DNA from: a candidate division WOR-3 bacterium | GTDB taxonomy: Bacteria; Hydrothermota; Tepidihabitantia; Tepidihabitantales; Tepidihabitantaceae | Direction: 5' to 3' | NCBI GenBank assembly: GCA_965649205.1 | Contig: CBFGJV010000001.1 | Span: forward strand, 19,285-83,284 | DNA length: 64,000 bases | In this document: positions 1 through 9,977 of the stretch, piece by piece | Position numbering within the stretch: position 1 is the first letter of the stretch | How the letters are laid out: every line of letters begins with the position of its first letter | The notes under the pieces: generated by a model | Database searches by the model: none | Told to the model about the DNA's origin: nothing | The model's input: the letters and a program-made list of their open reading frames with translations, nothing else | Position numbers and translations under genes: made by a program

Positions 1-414
1 ATCGCCCGTAAGCGAGAAAATCAGCCAGAAATTCCTACAGCGTCAACGGCGGACGTAGCGTTTCTGCTCATAATTTTCTTCATGGTTTCTACGGTTTTTC
101 GGCAGTCAAGAGGCTTGAAAGTTACACTTCCCCAGGCGGAGGCGACAGAGCGAATCTTGAAGCGGCGGAATGTGGTGAGCATCTGGATGGACAGCACCGG
201 GAAAACGACTCTGGACGACAATCTGGTGACCCCGGCGATTGTGACTACTGTAATGACGGAGAAAATAATAGAAAATCCTGACTTGGTAGTGACGGTTCAA
301 GCCGACAGGGACGTGAGTTATGGCTATGTTACAGATTTGCTGGAGGCGTTGAAGGATGCCAGGGCACTCAAGGTAACATTTGCGACAGAATACAAGCTGG
401 GTCAGGGAGGTTAG
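1..414 (+). CDS. exbD: ExbD/TolR biopolymer transport protein (5'-partial, continues upstream of window)
   Basis: Frame 1 is open from nt 1. Translation gives an N-terminal TM helix (VAFLLIIFFMVS) followed by the ExbD-like periplasmic region (ADRDVSYGYVTDLLEALKDA). The gene is immediately followed by tonB. Confidence 0.75.
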   Translation: MARKRENQPEIPTASTADVAFLLIIFFMVSTVFRQSRGLKVTLPQAEATERILKRRNVVSIWMDSTGKTTLDDNLVTPAIVTTVMTEKIIENPDLVVTVQADRDVSYGYVTDLLEALKDARALKVTFATEYKLGQGG

Positions 415-415
415 G

Positions 416-1042
416 GTGAGAAGTACGGCGAGGATTGAGTCGTTGGAGTGGGAAAGTCGCTACTATGCCATCGCTATTCGAGTAGCCACGGTGGTGGCTA
501 TTGTTCTGTTACTTGCCGCTTTTCTGTTTCTGCCTCGGGAATTTACGGTAAAACCTTATCAGCTGCGCGGTAGTGTAGAAACGGTGATGGAGGCTCTGCC
601 GCCGGAACTAGAGAAAGTGGCCGAACCTCCTAAAGTGGAGAAGCCGCAGATGCCCGTAGCTGCGGCCAGTGAAGAGGAAGTGGAAGCTAAGACTATAGAG
701 GCCACCACGTTTTCCGAGATAGTTAAACGGCCCGAGGAAACGGATATTCCTATAGTGCCCTTCTGGAAGGTAGAGGTAAAGCCTCAGCCTGTCAGTATAC
801 CAACACCTGTTTACCCCGAGATGGCTCGAAATGCGGGCATAGAAGGTCAGGTGGTTGTAAAAGCACTGGTGGACGTTACAGGAGATGTCATAGAGGCCGA
901 AGTAATGAAGAGTTCGGGTAATCAAACTCTGGACGCTGCGGCTGTGGAGGCGGCGTATAAGGCCAAGTTTACCCCTGCCAAACAGCGTGATCAGCCGGTA
1001 CGGGTCTATGTGTCTATACCTTATCGCTTTACGCTGCAGTAG
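416..1042 (+). CDS. tonB: energy transducer TonB (C-terminal TonB domain)
   Basis: TM helix, Pro/Glu-rich linker (PPELEKVAEPPKVEKPQMP) and a C-terminal TonB fold (PVYPEMARNAGIEGQVVVKALVDVTGDV...YKAKFTP). The likely start is GTG at 416, with GGGAGG 7 nt upstream; the ORF track starts at TTG 380. Confidence 0.75.
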   Translation: MRSTARIESLEWESRYYAIAIRVATVVAIVLLLAAFLFLPREFTVKPYQLRGSVETVMEALPPELEKVAEPPKVEKPQMPVAAASEEEVEAKTIEATTFSEIVKRPEETDIPIVPFWKVEVKPQPVSIPTPVYPEMARNAGIEGQVVVKALVDVTGDVIEAEVMKSSGNQTLDAAAVEAAYKAKFTPAKQRDQPVRVYVSIPYRFTLQ

Positions 1043-1112
1043 GGACAGGTTAAAAGAATGCTAAGGGCCGCGATGAGTGATGTTGGTCAAACCTAAACAA
1101 AGGAGGAGTCTG

Positions 1113-2852
1113 ATGAAAAACGTCCTAGTAGTGATGCTCCTAGTGCCGATAATGGTGCTGGCGAGCTCCAATCTAAAGCCCGTGACTGTGCTTGATGCCG
1201 GAGACCGGGCAGTATCCCTGCCTGTTGAAACAGGGGGAGGTGCAACTGAGCCTTCCACCATGACCGTTTTGGTGGGCACCATAGATACAATCGGTGGTAC
1301 TACGTATGACTGGCAGACTAACGGTCCGGCCTATCAGAATGTGTTACATTCGCCCGGGCAGGGCTTGCACACTTTGTTCATGTTCTCGGCGGATCAGGCG
1401 GGAAGTTTTCCGGACAGGAATATGCGCTATAACTTCTTCGACTACAGCTCAAATTCCTGGACGTGGAAGGACCCGGACTTTATGCAGTCCGGTGTGAGCG
1501 TTTACACCTCCCGGGTTGGTTTTGGTAATCTGGGTGCGGACGTGACCACTGGGGCGGCATATACTTCGGCTCACGGTGGCTCGCCCATTAAGGTGATCGC
1601 TGCCAGAGATATGGCTCCGGGTGTGGGTATTTTCGAGTATACCAATGGTCCCGACGGGTACCTGTGGGGTTGCATTCAAGCCGGCAGACCGGGTAAATTG
1701 CATGTGGCCATGGCTGATGATGCGACAAGAGAAAAGGTGTTCTATTCGAGAGTGAATCCGTGGGCTACCTGGTCAACGCCTCAAGATATGGCTCCGCCTA
1801 AACCCGATCCGACTTTCCCTGATTATAACATCGCCGCTTCCAAAGTCAGCGAGAAGGTATGCGTTACTTGGGTGGACGTAAATTCAACGCCCAGCCCGGG
1901 CTTCTATCGGATTTCTACGGATGGCGGCGTGACTTGGGGTGACCCTACGGAGCTTCCCGGACCAAACGCTTTTGGTGGCGATACCGCGGCTTCCTTTTAC
2001 ATAACTTCTTTGTTCCCCTATTATGATGCGAATGATAAGCTTCATATTGTAGCCGACGTGACTCCCGTTGTTGGTGGGGAACAGTATATAACGCCAGCAC
2101 AGATATGGCACTGGTGTCCAGATAATACGCCTAACTGGTCTCGAATTGCCACAGCCAAGTTTGCTGATCTGCCAGCACCGGTGGGGAGCAATGCACTTCT
2201 GGCCTGCAGACCAAGCATGGGGCAGGATTCTCTAGGTAACCTGTACGTGGCTTGGGAACAGTTTGATTCTGCGAACGTTGAACCTGGACCGCCTGACAGG
2301 CTCAGGGCCGATATATTTGTAGCTGGTTCCAGCACCAACGGTCGAACTTGGGGCGCTCCAGTAAAGATCACGAATGCAGGCAACACCTCCTGTCGTTATC
2401 CCTCCATTGTAGACCAGGCCTATGCCGGCAAGTTGGCTGTTATCTATATGATTGACCAGAAGGCCGGTTCCTTTGTGCAGGGTGAGGGTACAGTGAGCAA
2501 TAACCCGGTGGTATGCCATTGGCTGCCTACTAACGCGATACCGGGCGTAGCCGAGTCCCCACAAGCCAGAATGCCGGTGCGTACTGAGGTTACAGCTCGG
2601 CCCAACCCGTTTGAGCGGGGAACCCTAATTTCGTATGCTCTCCCTATAGCGGGAAATGTATCCGTTACAGTTTATGACGCAGCAGGCAGACCGATCAGGA
2701 TGCTGGAGAACGGCTATCGTCAGGCTGGACGTTATGCCGTGGCCTGGGATGGCCGTGCGGATAACGGTACACTGGTTCCCGCGGGTATATATTTCTACAC
2801 ACTGAGCACGGACCAGACATCTTTGTCCGAGAAGCTCGTTGTAGTCCGTTAA
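1113..2852 (+). CDS. secreted BNR/Asp-box repeat protein (sialidase-like fold) with T9SS C-terminal sorting domain
   Basis: ATG at 1113 with AGGAGG 6 nt upstream and a signal peptide MKNVLVVMLLVPIMVLA. Asp-box motifs STDGGVTWGD and SSTNGRTWGAP. The C-terminus (RPNPFERGTLISYALP...GIYFYTLSTDQTSLSEKLVVVR) matches the Por/T9SS CTD pattern. Confidence 0.7.
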   Translation: MKNVLVVMLLVPIMVLASSNLKPVTVLDAGDRAVSLPVETGGGATEPSTMTVLVGTIDTIGGTTYDWQTNGPAYQNVLHSPGQGLHTLFMFSADQAGSFPDRNMRYNFFDYSSNSWTWKDPDFMQSGVSVYTSRVGFGNLGADVTTGAAYTSAHGGSPIKVIAARDMAPGVGIFEYTNGPDGYLWGCIQAGRPGKLHVAMADDATREKVFYSRVNPWATWSTPQDMAPPKPDPTFPDYNIAASKVSEKVCVTWVDVNSTPSPGFYRISTDGGVTWGDPTELPGPNAFGGDTAASFYITSLFPYYDANDKLHIVADVTPVVGGEQYITPAQIWHWCPDNTPNWSRIATAKFADLPAPVGSNALLACRPSMGQDSLGNLYVAWEQFDSANVEPGPPDRLRADIFVAGSSTNGRTWGAPVKITNAGNTSCRYPSIVDQAYAGKLAVIYMIDQKAGSFVQGEGTVSNNPVVCHWLPTNAIPGVAESPQARMPVRTEVTARPNPFERGTLISYALPIAGNVSVTVYDAAGRPIRMLENGYRQAGRYAVAWDGRADNGTLVPAGIYFYTLSTDQTSLSEKLVVVR

Positions 2853-2862
2853 CTTTTGAAGA

Positions 2863-2890
2863 GGCGGCGGGCCTTTACGGGCCCGCCGCC
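2863..2890 (+). terminator. GC-rich hairpin (ggcggcgggcc-tttacg-ggcccgccgcc) downstream of the BNR gene; putative intrinsic terminator
   Basis: Perfect 11-bp inverted repeat located 11 nt after the stop codon. No clear U-tract follows it. Confidence 0.5.
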
Positions 2891-2997
2891 TTACATGCGT
2901 GATGCCAATTTATCGCATCCGCTCTCTGCATATACAAGCTGTAATTGTATCACTTCACAAAAATGCCAGGTAACATTTCGTTGAGGAGGAGGCTATA

Positions 2998-4080
2998 GTG
3001 CGACGATATATGTCTAGGTCCGGACTTTTTCTGCCCCTTTTCTTTTCCTTTGGCGGCCTGGTGGGTGCCTTTCTGTTTGTGTTCTCTGGGTGTGGTACCG
3101 AGCCGCCGCCGCCGTGGCCTTGGTGGACAACACAGGATTCAACCGCTGTAGAGACGGAATTGGCCGGCTGGAAAGATGTGTTGGATCCAACAGCGGGAAT
3201 CGCCGGGTTGGTGGCTGATACTTGGCGGGGACAGATTCGGCTGGCAGACAGTACCTCTGAGAAGGGGGACACGCTATACAAATTTGCCCGTCTGCTTTCC
3301 GTAGAGATAGAGGTGGAGAGTGCTGGTCACGCTAACGTGATGCAGTTTGGTGTGACTGTGGATACGTTGCCGATGAAGGATACCTTCTGCGAAGTAACCT
3401 ATCGGGACTCCTCGCTGCTGACCAGAGCTCGCTTTACCTATGATAGTCTCTGGGTGATAGGCTTTAGACCTGATACGCAGATTTCCGGTTCTCCACCGGA
3501 GACCACCATAATCTACAGGCCGAGCTATACGGAGCGACGCGGATTCGCCATACCGCAGACAGCGGTGAAGACATTTGCTTGGACCGCCATGCGTAAGGTA
3601 TTCCTGGTGCGGGATACCCTGAAGGACACGCTGTTCTATACCCTGCGGAAACTGACGGGGGTGGCTGCTTATGTTCCGTCGGCGACTGACGCCCCGAACA
3701 TTAACCGGGTAATTTTCTCCCGCCTTGGCGGAATAGATACTGTTTTCTATGCCCCGCGCCAGGACGGTAGGGGCCTTTACAATCTGAAGGAGCCAGCCTC
3801 CCTGTATACCGTAGCGGCCGGCGAACGGGTAACCGTAGCCGTGACTACTACAACGCCGGTGGATACCGCGGTCGATAAGAATCGGTTTTTCCTGATTGTC
3901 TCAGGGAGAGCAAAGGATATAACGCTTAACGCACGCAGAGGGGAAGGTTCTTTTGCCTTCGCGGATACCGGTCTGCAGCATGTGTATGTCAGGGTTGTTC
4001 CTTTGTCGAATTTGCTCTATCCCACCGTCAAATACACAGGTACCTTCTGGGCGATACCCGTGCGTGTAGTCAACCAGTGA
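2998..4080 (+). CDS. hypothetical lipoprotein (signal peptide + FSGCG lipobox)
   Basis: GAGGAGGAGG RBS upstream. Hydrophobic N-terminus ending in a Cys lipobox. No recognisable catalytic motifs. Confidence 0.5.
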   Translation: MRRYMSRSGLFLPLFFSFGGLVGAFLFVFSGCGTEPPPPWPWWTTQDSTAVETELAGWKDVLDPTAGIAGLVADTWRGQIRLADSTSEKGDTLYKFARLLSVEIEVESAGHANVMQFGVTVDTLPMKDTFCEVTYRDSSLLTRARFTYDSLWVIGFRPDTQISGSPPETTIIYRPSYTERRGFAIPQTAVKTFAWTAMRKVFLVRDTLKDTLFYTLRKLTGVAAYVPSATDAPNINRVIFSRLGGIDTVFYAPRQDGRGLYNLKEPASLYTVAAGERVTVAVTTTTPVDTAVDKNRFFLIVSGRAKDITLNARRGEGSFAFADTGLQHVYVRVVPLSNLLYPTVKYTGTFWAIPVRVVNQ

Positions 4081-4090
4081 GGAGGCGACA

Positions 4091-6901
4091 ATGACTAGAA
4101 AGTTCAAAATCAGAGATAGGAATTCAGAACTTTGGCCCGTGGTGTTGCTGTTCTTTGCGGTTTCGTCCGCTCTGGCGCAAACCGGGAGGATCCGGGGCAG
4201 GGTTACGGACGCTGAGACTGGTGAACCATTGGTGGGGGCCAATGTTATTATTCAAGGGACTCTCTTGGGTTCGGCCACAGATGCAAATGGCGAGTACCTG
4301 ATCAGCAACGTACCTGTGGGGAAACAGACGATAGAAGTTTCCTACATAGGGTATCAAACCTTGGTGCGCAAGGACGTGCTGGTAATACTCGACCAGACTA
4401 TTACTGAGGACTTCAAGTTGAAGCCCGGGGCGGCATTGCGTGTAGAGGAAGTGGTCGTAGCCGGCACGAGAGCGAAGATAGTGCGAACCGACCCGACTAC
4501 AAGCCGGTATATGACAACGGAAGAGTTTGACAAGATGCCGGTGCAGAGTTTGGCTGACATCGTCAGGCTTCAGGCGGGAATTGTTACCAGTCCGGCTTAT
4601 GGTCAGCACTTGCGCGGCGGCCGACCGGATGAGGTGGCTTACTTTGTTGACGGTGTGGCTACCCGCGACCCTCTATATGGCTATCAGGCGGCACAGGTGA
4701 ATCCAGAGGCAGCGGCTGAGGTGGTAGTAATTTCTGGCGGGTTTGACGCGGAGTATGGCGAGGCGATGTCAGGCGTGATACAGGTCATTACCAAGGAGGG
4801 TAAGCCGGTTACACAGGGCAGAGCTAAATATGTCACGGACGAAGTATTCCCCGGCCCCTTGAATTTTGGCGACAACCGCTATGAGGTATCAGTGGGTGGG
4901 CCATTTCCCGGTTTACGCAAATTGCGCTATTTTGTTTCGGGAGAGCTGTACTTCACAGATGACTACGCGCCTTGCCGGCACAAGCTTCCTCATCAACGTC
5001 GGCAGGACTATAACGCCACGGCGAAGTTGACCTATTCCTTGCCTTTGAATCAGGGGCTCAAGTTCACGGCCAGTGGACTTCTCTCGCGAGTACAATACGA
5101 AATGTATCCCAGCGACAGAGAAAGCGAGAATCATCTTGGGTTTAAGTACAACCTTGATCACTATCTTTCTCGTCGGGAGCGCGTAAGAACGCTTGACCTC
5201 TCGGCCAACCACATGCTTACGGAGAAGACCTTTTACACCGTGAGACTGGGTTATTTCTATAACCACCGTACGCAGGCGGTACGGGATCTGGAGCGGGAAG
5301 CCAAGGAGCGTAATTTTGCCGTACGCTTCTGGGAGGACTACATATTCAAGGCTGAGGATTCGGTGTTGGCTGACTCTGCGACTTTGTTCCGTCCCTTGCC
5401 CGGATATGAGGCCCAGACGAATGCCAATTCCAACAATCCCTGGGGCGTTTTCGGCTTATTCTACGGCAAGGGTGATTACCGACTGTTCCTTACTCACTGG
5501 TCGGATGTTGTAAACTTTTCGGGTAATATCACTCACAACATCGGTAAAGTGCACGAACTGAAAACCGGTATTGAGATAAAACGGAGTAACCTGCACCGGC
5601 GCTACAATTCCTTACCTACGGACTGGAACCCATTTGTGGATTACTATGACTTTCAGCCTACTAATGTGGCGGCTTTTGTGCAGGACCGTATGGACTTCGA
5701 GGACCTGGTGGTACGCGCAGGACTCAGACTGGATTATTTGGACCCGAATGCCTACAAGCGGTTTGACCCGACCAACATAGGCAATGACTCTATGATCCCA
5801 GCCAGTGTCAAATACAAGTTGTCGCCACGTCTGGGAATTTCCTTCCCCATAACCGTGCGCACCAAGTTCCGTTTCAGTTACGGCCATTTCTACCAGACCC
5901 CAGCTTACCGCTACCTGTATGACAATATATCGTCAGCTGCCTACAGCAGGGGTAACCAGATAATCGGCAACCCTGACCTGAAAGCGCAGCAGACGATTGC
6001 TTACGAGTTGGGCCTGGAGCAGCAGCTATCGGATGTTACTCTGGTCGATTTTACTGCCTACTATAAGGACATATTTGACCTGATGGGCACGCGTTTCCAG
6101 CCCGCTGTTCCTCTGGGTTACTTCCCGCTGGTAAACGAAGAATACGGCAGCGTGCGCGGCTTTGAGGTAGGTTTTGTGAAGTCCCTTGCTGACTACTGGA
6201 ATGGCAGGATTTCCTATGGACTTTCCGCAGCGCGGGGCACGGCTTCGTATACATACGAGTGGTACTATGAGCGGTATCGGTATGGCGTAGACCCGGTGAC
6301 AGGACAGGAAATGGAGCCGCCGCGTCGCGACTATGCGCTGGATTTTGATGAGACCCACAACGCCAAGTTGAGTCTGGGCTGCGATTTCCCCAAAGACTTT
6401 GCCTTTGCTCCGTTGCGGGAATTCACCGCCTCGGCTCTGGCTAACTTTGGGTCCGGTCTTCCTTATTCACCGCGCGAGGTGCGACGTCTGAATGCGGGAC
6501 GGCTCACGGCGGAGCGTAACTCGGCCCGCATGCCGCCTAGGTTCACCACAGACCTGAATCTGGGTAAGCATGTAACCCTCGGAGGAATACGTATCGGCCT
6601 TACCTGTGTCGTTACGAATCTTTTCAATGCCCGTGTGGTGCAATGGGTATACGGCGCAACCGGACTACCCAATGACGACGGATACATCTGGACCTATTCT
6701 CCGGCTAATTGGGCCAATACGCTAGATGCGACTCTGCTCTCTGGGACCTATCATCCGGCCCGAGACCGCAACCACGATGGCTACATTACGGACGAGGAAG
6801 AGTATGTGGCTTATCGTTGCGCTTATCTGGACTTTGTGGACAATCCGGTAAACTACGGGCCGCCAAGGCAGATAAAAGTTGGCATCAATATCGAGTTCTG
6901 A
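4091..6901 (+). CDS. TonB-dependent outer-membrane receptor, SusC/RagA-like, with N-terminal carboxypeptidase-regulatory-like domain
   Basis: ATG with GAGGAGG RBS and a signal peptide. CarbD_reg-like motif RGRVTDAETGEPLVGANVII...DANGEYLISNVPVGKQTIEVSYIGY. Plug region, a long beta-barrel, and a terminal aromatic residue (...GINIEF). Confidence 0.85.
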   Translation: MTRKFKIRDRNSELWPVVLLFFAVSSALAQTGRIRGRVTDAETGEPLVGANVIIQGTLLGSATDANGEYLISNVPVGKQTIEVSYIGYQTLVRKDVLVILDQTITEDFKLKPGAALRVEEVVVAGTRAKIVRTDPTTSRYMTTEEFDKMPVQSLADIVRLQAGIVTSPAYGQHLRGGRPDEVAYFVDGVATRDPLYGYQAAQVNPEAAAEVVVISGGFDAEYGEAMSGVIQVITKEGKPVTQGRAKYVTDEVFPGPLNFGDNRYEVSVGGPFPGLRKLRYFVSGELYFTDDYAPCRHKLPHQRRQDYNATAKLTYSLPLNQGLKFTASGLLSRVQYEMYPSDRESENHLGFKYNLDHYLSRRERVRTLDLSANHMLTEKTFYTVRLGYFYNHRTQAVRDLEREAKERNFAVRFWEDYIFKAEDSVLADSATLFRPLPGYEAQTNANSNNPWGVFGLFYGKGDYRLFLTHWSDVVNFSGNITHNIGKVHELKTGIEIKRSNLHRRYNSLPTDWNPFVDYYDFQPTNVAAFVQDRMDFEDLVVRAGLRLDYLDPNAYKRFDPTNIGNDSMIPASVKYKLSPRLGISFPITVRTKFRFSYGHFYQTPAYRYLYDNISSAAYSRGNQIIGNPDLKAQQTIAYELGLEQQLSDVTLVDFTAYYKDIFDLMGTRFQPAVPLGYFPLVNEEYGSVRGFEVGFVKSLADYWNGRISYGLSAARGTASYTYEWYYERYRYGVDPVTGQEMEPPRRDYALDFDETHNAKLSLGCDFPKDFAFAPLREFTASALANFGSGLPYSPREVRRLNAGRLTAERNSARMPPRFTTDLNLGKHVTLGGIRIGLTCVVTNLFNARVVQWVYGATGLPNDDGYIWTYSPANWANTLDATLLSGTYHPARDRNHDGYITDEEEYVAYRCAYLDFVDNPVNYGPPRQIKVGINIEF

Positions 6902-6914
6902 TAAGGAGGAGAGC

Positions 6915-9900
6915 ATGCGAATACAGAACAGACAGGAAATACGGTTGTTTTTCGGCAACCGCACACTGTTTGCTGCGCTGGTTTTGCTCGTAGCAGTTTC
7001 TTCCGGCTGGGCAAGGACAGCAGGCAAAGCCTGGCGGCCACCGCGTATATTTGACTTCAGATGGTACCAGAAGAACCAGTGGCGTCTGCCCATAACCAAC
7101 TACGCTACTTTTGGATATGGCATTGGTCGTTCGGGTGGTGAGTGGCCCGCAGGTTCTGGCGATATGTACATCTATGGCGCGGGCATCTGGATCGGCTGCA
7201 TCAGACGCGGTCCGGGAGGAAAGGATACGCTGGTATCATGTGGTTATAACCCGAACTCGGGCAAGTCAGAGATGACTCCGGGCGCGTATGACAACGCTAC
7301 AGGCGGTTATGCTGACCGAGGATTTGAGCGAGTTTATGTTTACCCTGGAGACTGGCCGCCGAAGGAATCAGACTTCCCGCCTTCCATGTGGGGCGGTGTT
7401 GAAACTCCTCTGCGCATTAAGGGTGACCCGACTTTCCGAGACACTTTCTATTATGTGCCTCGTAAAGCCACTTCTCTCGGCGATGCCTGGGCGGTGTTCA
7501 ATGATCGGGACCCGGCCCAGCACGTAGCCGGTAAGACGCCCAGGCCTATCGGAGTAGAAGTATATCAGGAGACCTACTCCTGGACCTTGCCGTGGAACAA
7601 GGACATAGTGTTTTTCAAGCTCAATGTGCGCAATCGGACGCAGGATACATTGCGGGATGTGTATCTGGGTATGGCTTGTGATGCTGACGTAGGAAATGCG
7701 GCTGACGACTGGTGCGGTCTGGCGCTGTCCAAGTACATATACAGCCCAGACGGCAGAGATTCGGTCTTTGTGGACAACATGGGTTATGTGTGGAGCAATG
7801 ATGGCGTACCTTCCGGCTTTGTGGGCTTTGACTTCCTCCAGAGTCCTTTCTGGAAAGATGCCAATGGCAAGATGCGTGAAGTAGCACCGGCTCCGGGTCA
7901 GGATTCTATTTACCCGAACGGTTACGACGACAACAACAACGGGCTCATAGACGAACCGGCGGAAGGCAGACAGTTGGGAATGACCGCGTACAAGATATTC
8001 ACCTTGACTGACGCTGACCCCAAAGACGATGTAGAACAATTCCTGGCTCTGGCTGGCTATGACTACTGGGACCCGCAGAGGCCATATAACCCCTACGATT
8101 CTTCTGACCAGGCTGCGGCTGATAAGCGTTTCCTGCAATCCACTGGACCGTTCAATCTGGCGCCGGATGAGATAGCCACAGTAACCATAGGTCTGATTGC
8201 CGCGGACCGGGCAAGAGGCGGACCGCCCGGAACAATGGTTTACAACTTGGCTTTGGCATCCCGTGCTGCGCAAGCCGCCTACGACAACAACTGGATTATG
8301 CCCGAACCCCCGCCCAGCCCGAATGTGACTACTATTCCGGGCGACGGGCGGGTTACGATTGTATGGGACAATCTACCAGAGAACGCCAAAGACCGTTTCT
8401 ATCCGGTTGCGCCGGCCCTGAAGAATCCCTTCTATACGGAGAAAGACTTTCAGGGATACAAGATATACCGCAGCCGTACCGGTCAGCCCGGAGACTGGAA
8501 GCTGCTGGCGCAGTGTGACAAGATAGATGGCATCAAGTACGAAGATAAGAGCGCGCCGGAGTCGCTACGCACCAAAGCCACAGATGCCGGACTATTCTAC
8601 AGTTATGTAGATTCTTCAAACTTGCGACTGGGGTTTCCTTACTACTACGCAGTAACAGCATTCGACGTCAATTACCTGGGAGACACGACAGGCGGCCAGA
8701 AACTGGATACGATGTCGCTGGAGTCGGGCATTACTGCGGTGAGGGCTGTGCCTCGTACTCAACCTTCGAACTATACAGCTCCCGGTGACAGCTGGTGGCA
8801 GGTGGCTGGCAATCCCAAACTTCGGTTAAAGATAAACCCTCTAGCGGTGAGTCCCCATGCAGTAAAAGACCAGACCTATCGTATACAATTCGGGCCTCCC
8901 AGATATGACCCTGTGGCACGAGAACCGGTGTACAGTTTTGTGGTGACAGACGAGGCCGGAGACACGGTGGCAGGCCCCACGAGCTTCGTTGCCGCCATCA
9001 GCCGCACCACCGATACCTTCCGGCTGGTTCCCACAGTGTTTGACTCGGTAATTACACGCATAGCCCGGGTGCGCTCTCCTTCGGGTGACACGGTTATAGA
9101 TACTACCAAAGCCTGGCTGCCGGTAGCGCAGATGGCATTCACTCTGCAGATGGACTCAGTACCGCTACAGTTCTTCCAGAAGATAAGTCTGGTAAAGAAC
9201 GCAGCAGGATACCCGGCGGAATCGCTGGCTTTTCCCGTGCCTACGCAGAATCGGGCTCTCTGGGCTTACCGAGGGTCAACCTATCGGATTGCCTGGAAAA
9301 CGCATCCATCTGGTCGTCTGACCTGCGAGGTTTACGACCTAGAAAACCAGCTGCCTGTACCTTACCGCTACTTCAGTCCGCGCGCAGCCACGCCGGACTC
9401 GGCAGACGGCTGGTGCTTCCGGGATATACGCGATGCGGCAGATACTTTCTCAGTAGGCAAGACCTGGTTTATGTATCTGTGCGGCAGCACGTTCCAGTTC
9501 AACCCAACAGGCGCAGCGGCGTTCTCGCCCGCTGACGGCGATACCTGGCTTGTGTACTCGCGGCCGCTGGCTCCGGCGCCTGTGTTCTCCGCCTTCAATG
9601 TGCGCTTCACCGCGGCCAGATTTGCTAGCAGCAGCGATACGGGCAAGCTTAACGTCAAAGTGGTGCCCAATCCATATCTGGTGCGCAACGAGTGGGAACG
9701 GCACAAGGACTTCCGCAAACTCAAATTCATAAACCTTCCTTCCAAATGCACCATACGCATCTACAACCTTGCGGGCGACCTGGTACGGACGCTTACGCAC
9801 GACGAGACCAATCCTCGGGCTGGCGGTTTGCCCAACCAGTACGGCGGAGATGAAGACTGGGACCTGCTGAACGAGAACAGCCAGAAACCGGCGCCTGGGT

Positions 9901-9968
9901 TGTACCTGTTCCATGTGGATGCCGGGGAGCTGGGCACGCAGGTAGGCAAGTTCGTCATCGTATACTAG
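6915..9968 (+). CDS. large secreted protein (~1017 aa) with T9SS C-terminal sorting domain; possible PorU-like or T9SS cargo
   Basis: ATG at 6915 after an AGGAGGAG RBS, with signal peptide LFAALVLLVAVSSGWA. C-terminal VVPNPYLV...GLYLFHVDAGELGTQVGKFVIVY matches the T9SS CTD. It lies directly upstream of a PorV/FadL-like beta-barrel gene, which is the porU-porV synteny seen in Bacteroidetes. Confidence 0.6.
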   Translation: MRIQNRQEIRLFFGNRTLFAALVLLVAVSSGWARTAGKAWRPPRIFDFRWYQKNQWRLPITNYATFGYGIGRSGGEWPAGSGDMYIYGAGIWIGCIRRGPGGKDTLVSCGYNPNSGKSEMTPGAYDNATGGYADRGFERVYVYPGDWPPKESDFPPSMWGGVETPLRIKGDPTFRDTFYYVPRKATSLGDAWAVFNDRDPAQHVAGKTPRPIGVEVYQETYSWTLPWNKDIVFFKLNVRNRTQDTLRDVYLGMACDADVGNAADDWCGLALSKYIYSPDGRDSVFVDNMGYVWSNDGVPSGFVGFDFLQSPFWKDANGKMREVAPAPGQDSIYPNGYDDNNNGLIDEPAEGRQLGMTAYKIFTLTDADPKDDVEQFLALAGYDYWDPQRPYNPYDSSDQAAADKRFLQSTGPFNLAPDEIATVTIGLIAADRARGGPPGTMVYNLALASRAAQAAYDNNWIMPEPPPSPNVTTIPGDGRVTIVWDNLPENAKDRFYPVAPALKNPFYTEKDFQGYKIYRSRTGQPGDWKLLAQCDKIDGIKYEDKSAPESLRTKATDAGLFYSYVDSSNLRLGFPYYYAVTAFDVNYLGDTTGGQKLDTMSLESGITAVRAVPRTQPSNYTAPGDSWWQVAGNPKLRLKINPLAVSPHAVKDQTYRIQFGPPRYDPVAREPVYSFVVTDEAGDTVAGPTSFVAAISRTTDTFRLVPTVFDSVITRIARVRSPSGDTVIDTTKAWLPVAQMAFTLQMDSVPLQFFQKISLVKNAAGYPAESLAFPVPTQNRALWAYRGSTYRIAWKTHPSGRLTCEVYDLENQLPVPYRYFSPRAATPDSADGWCFRDIRDAADTFSVGKTWFMYLCGSTFQFNPTGAAAFSPADGDTWLVYSRPLAPAPVFSAFNVRFTAARFASSSDTGKLNVKVVPNPYLVRNEWERHKDFRKLKFINLPSKCTIRIYNLAGDLVRTLTHDETNPRAGGLPNQYGGDEDWDLLNENSQKPAPGLYLFHVDAGELGTQVGKFVIVY

Positions 9969-9977
9969 GAGGCGGAC

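Noticed and set aside
2998-6901. SusC/SusD-type polysaccharide utilisation locus
   Set aside because: The TonB-dependent receptor has the SusC-like CarbD_reg N-terminal domain, but no SusD-like gene follows it. The next gene is a CTD protein, and the preceding lipoprotein is upstream rather than downstream. It is therefore called a generic TBDR.
7368-8273. Long antisense ORFs inside large genes. Examples: 7368-8273 (-) inside the 6915-9968 gene; 20128-21156 (-) and 21625-22857 (-) inside the methyltransferase genes; 23482-24510 (-); 56702-57733 (-) inside the C25 peptidase gene
   Set aside because: These are shadow ORFs, typical of GC-rich DNA. The sense-strand genes have strong domain evidence and RBSs. 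The antisense translations are Arg/Pro-rich with no motifs.
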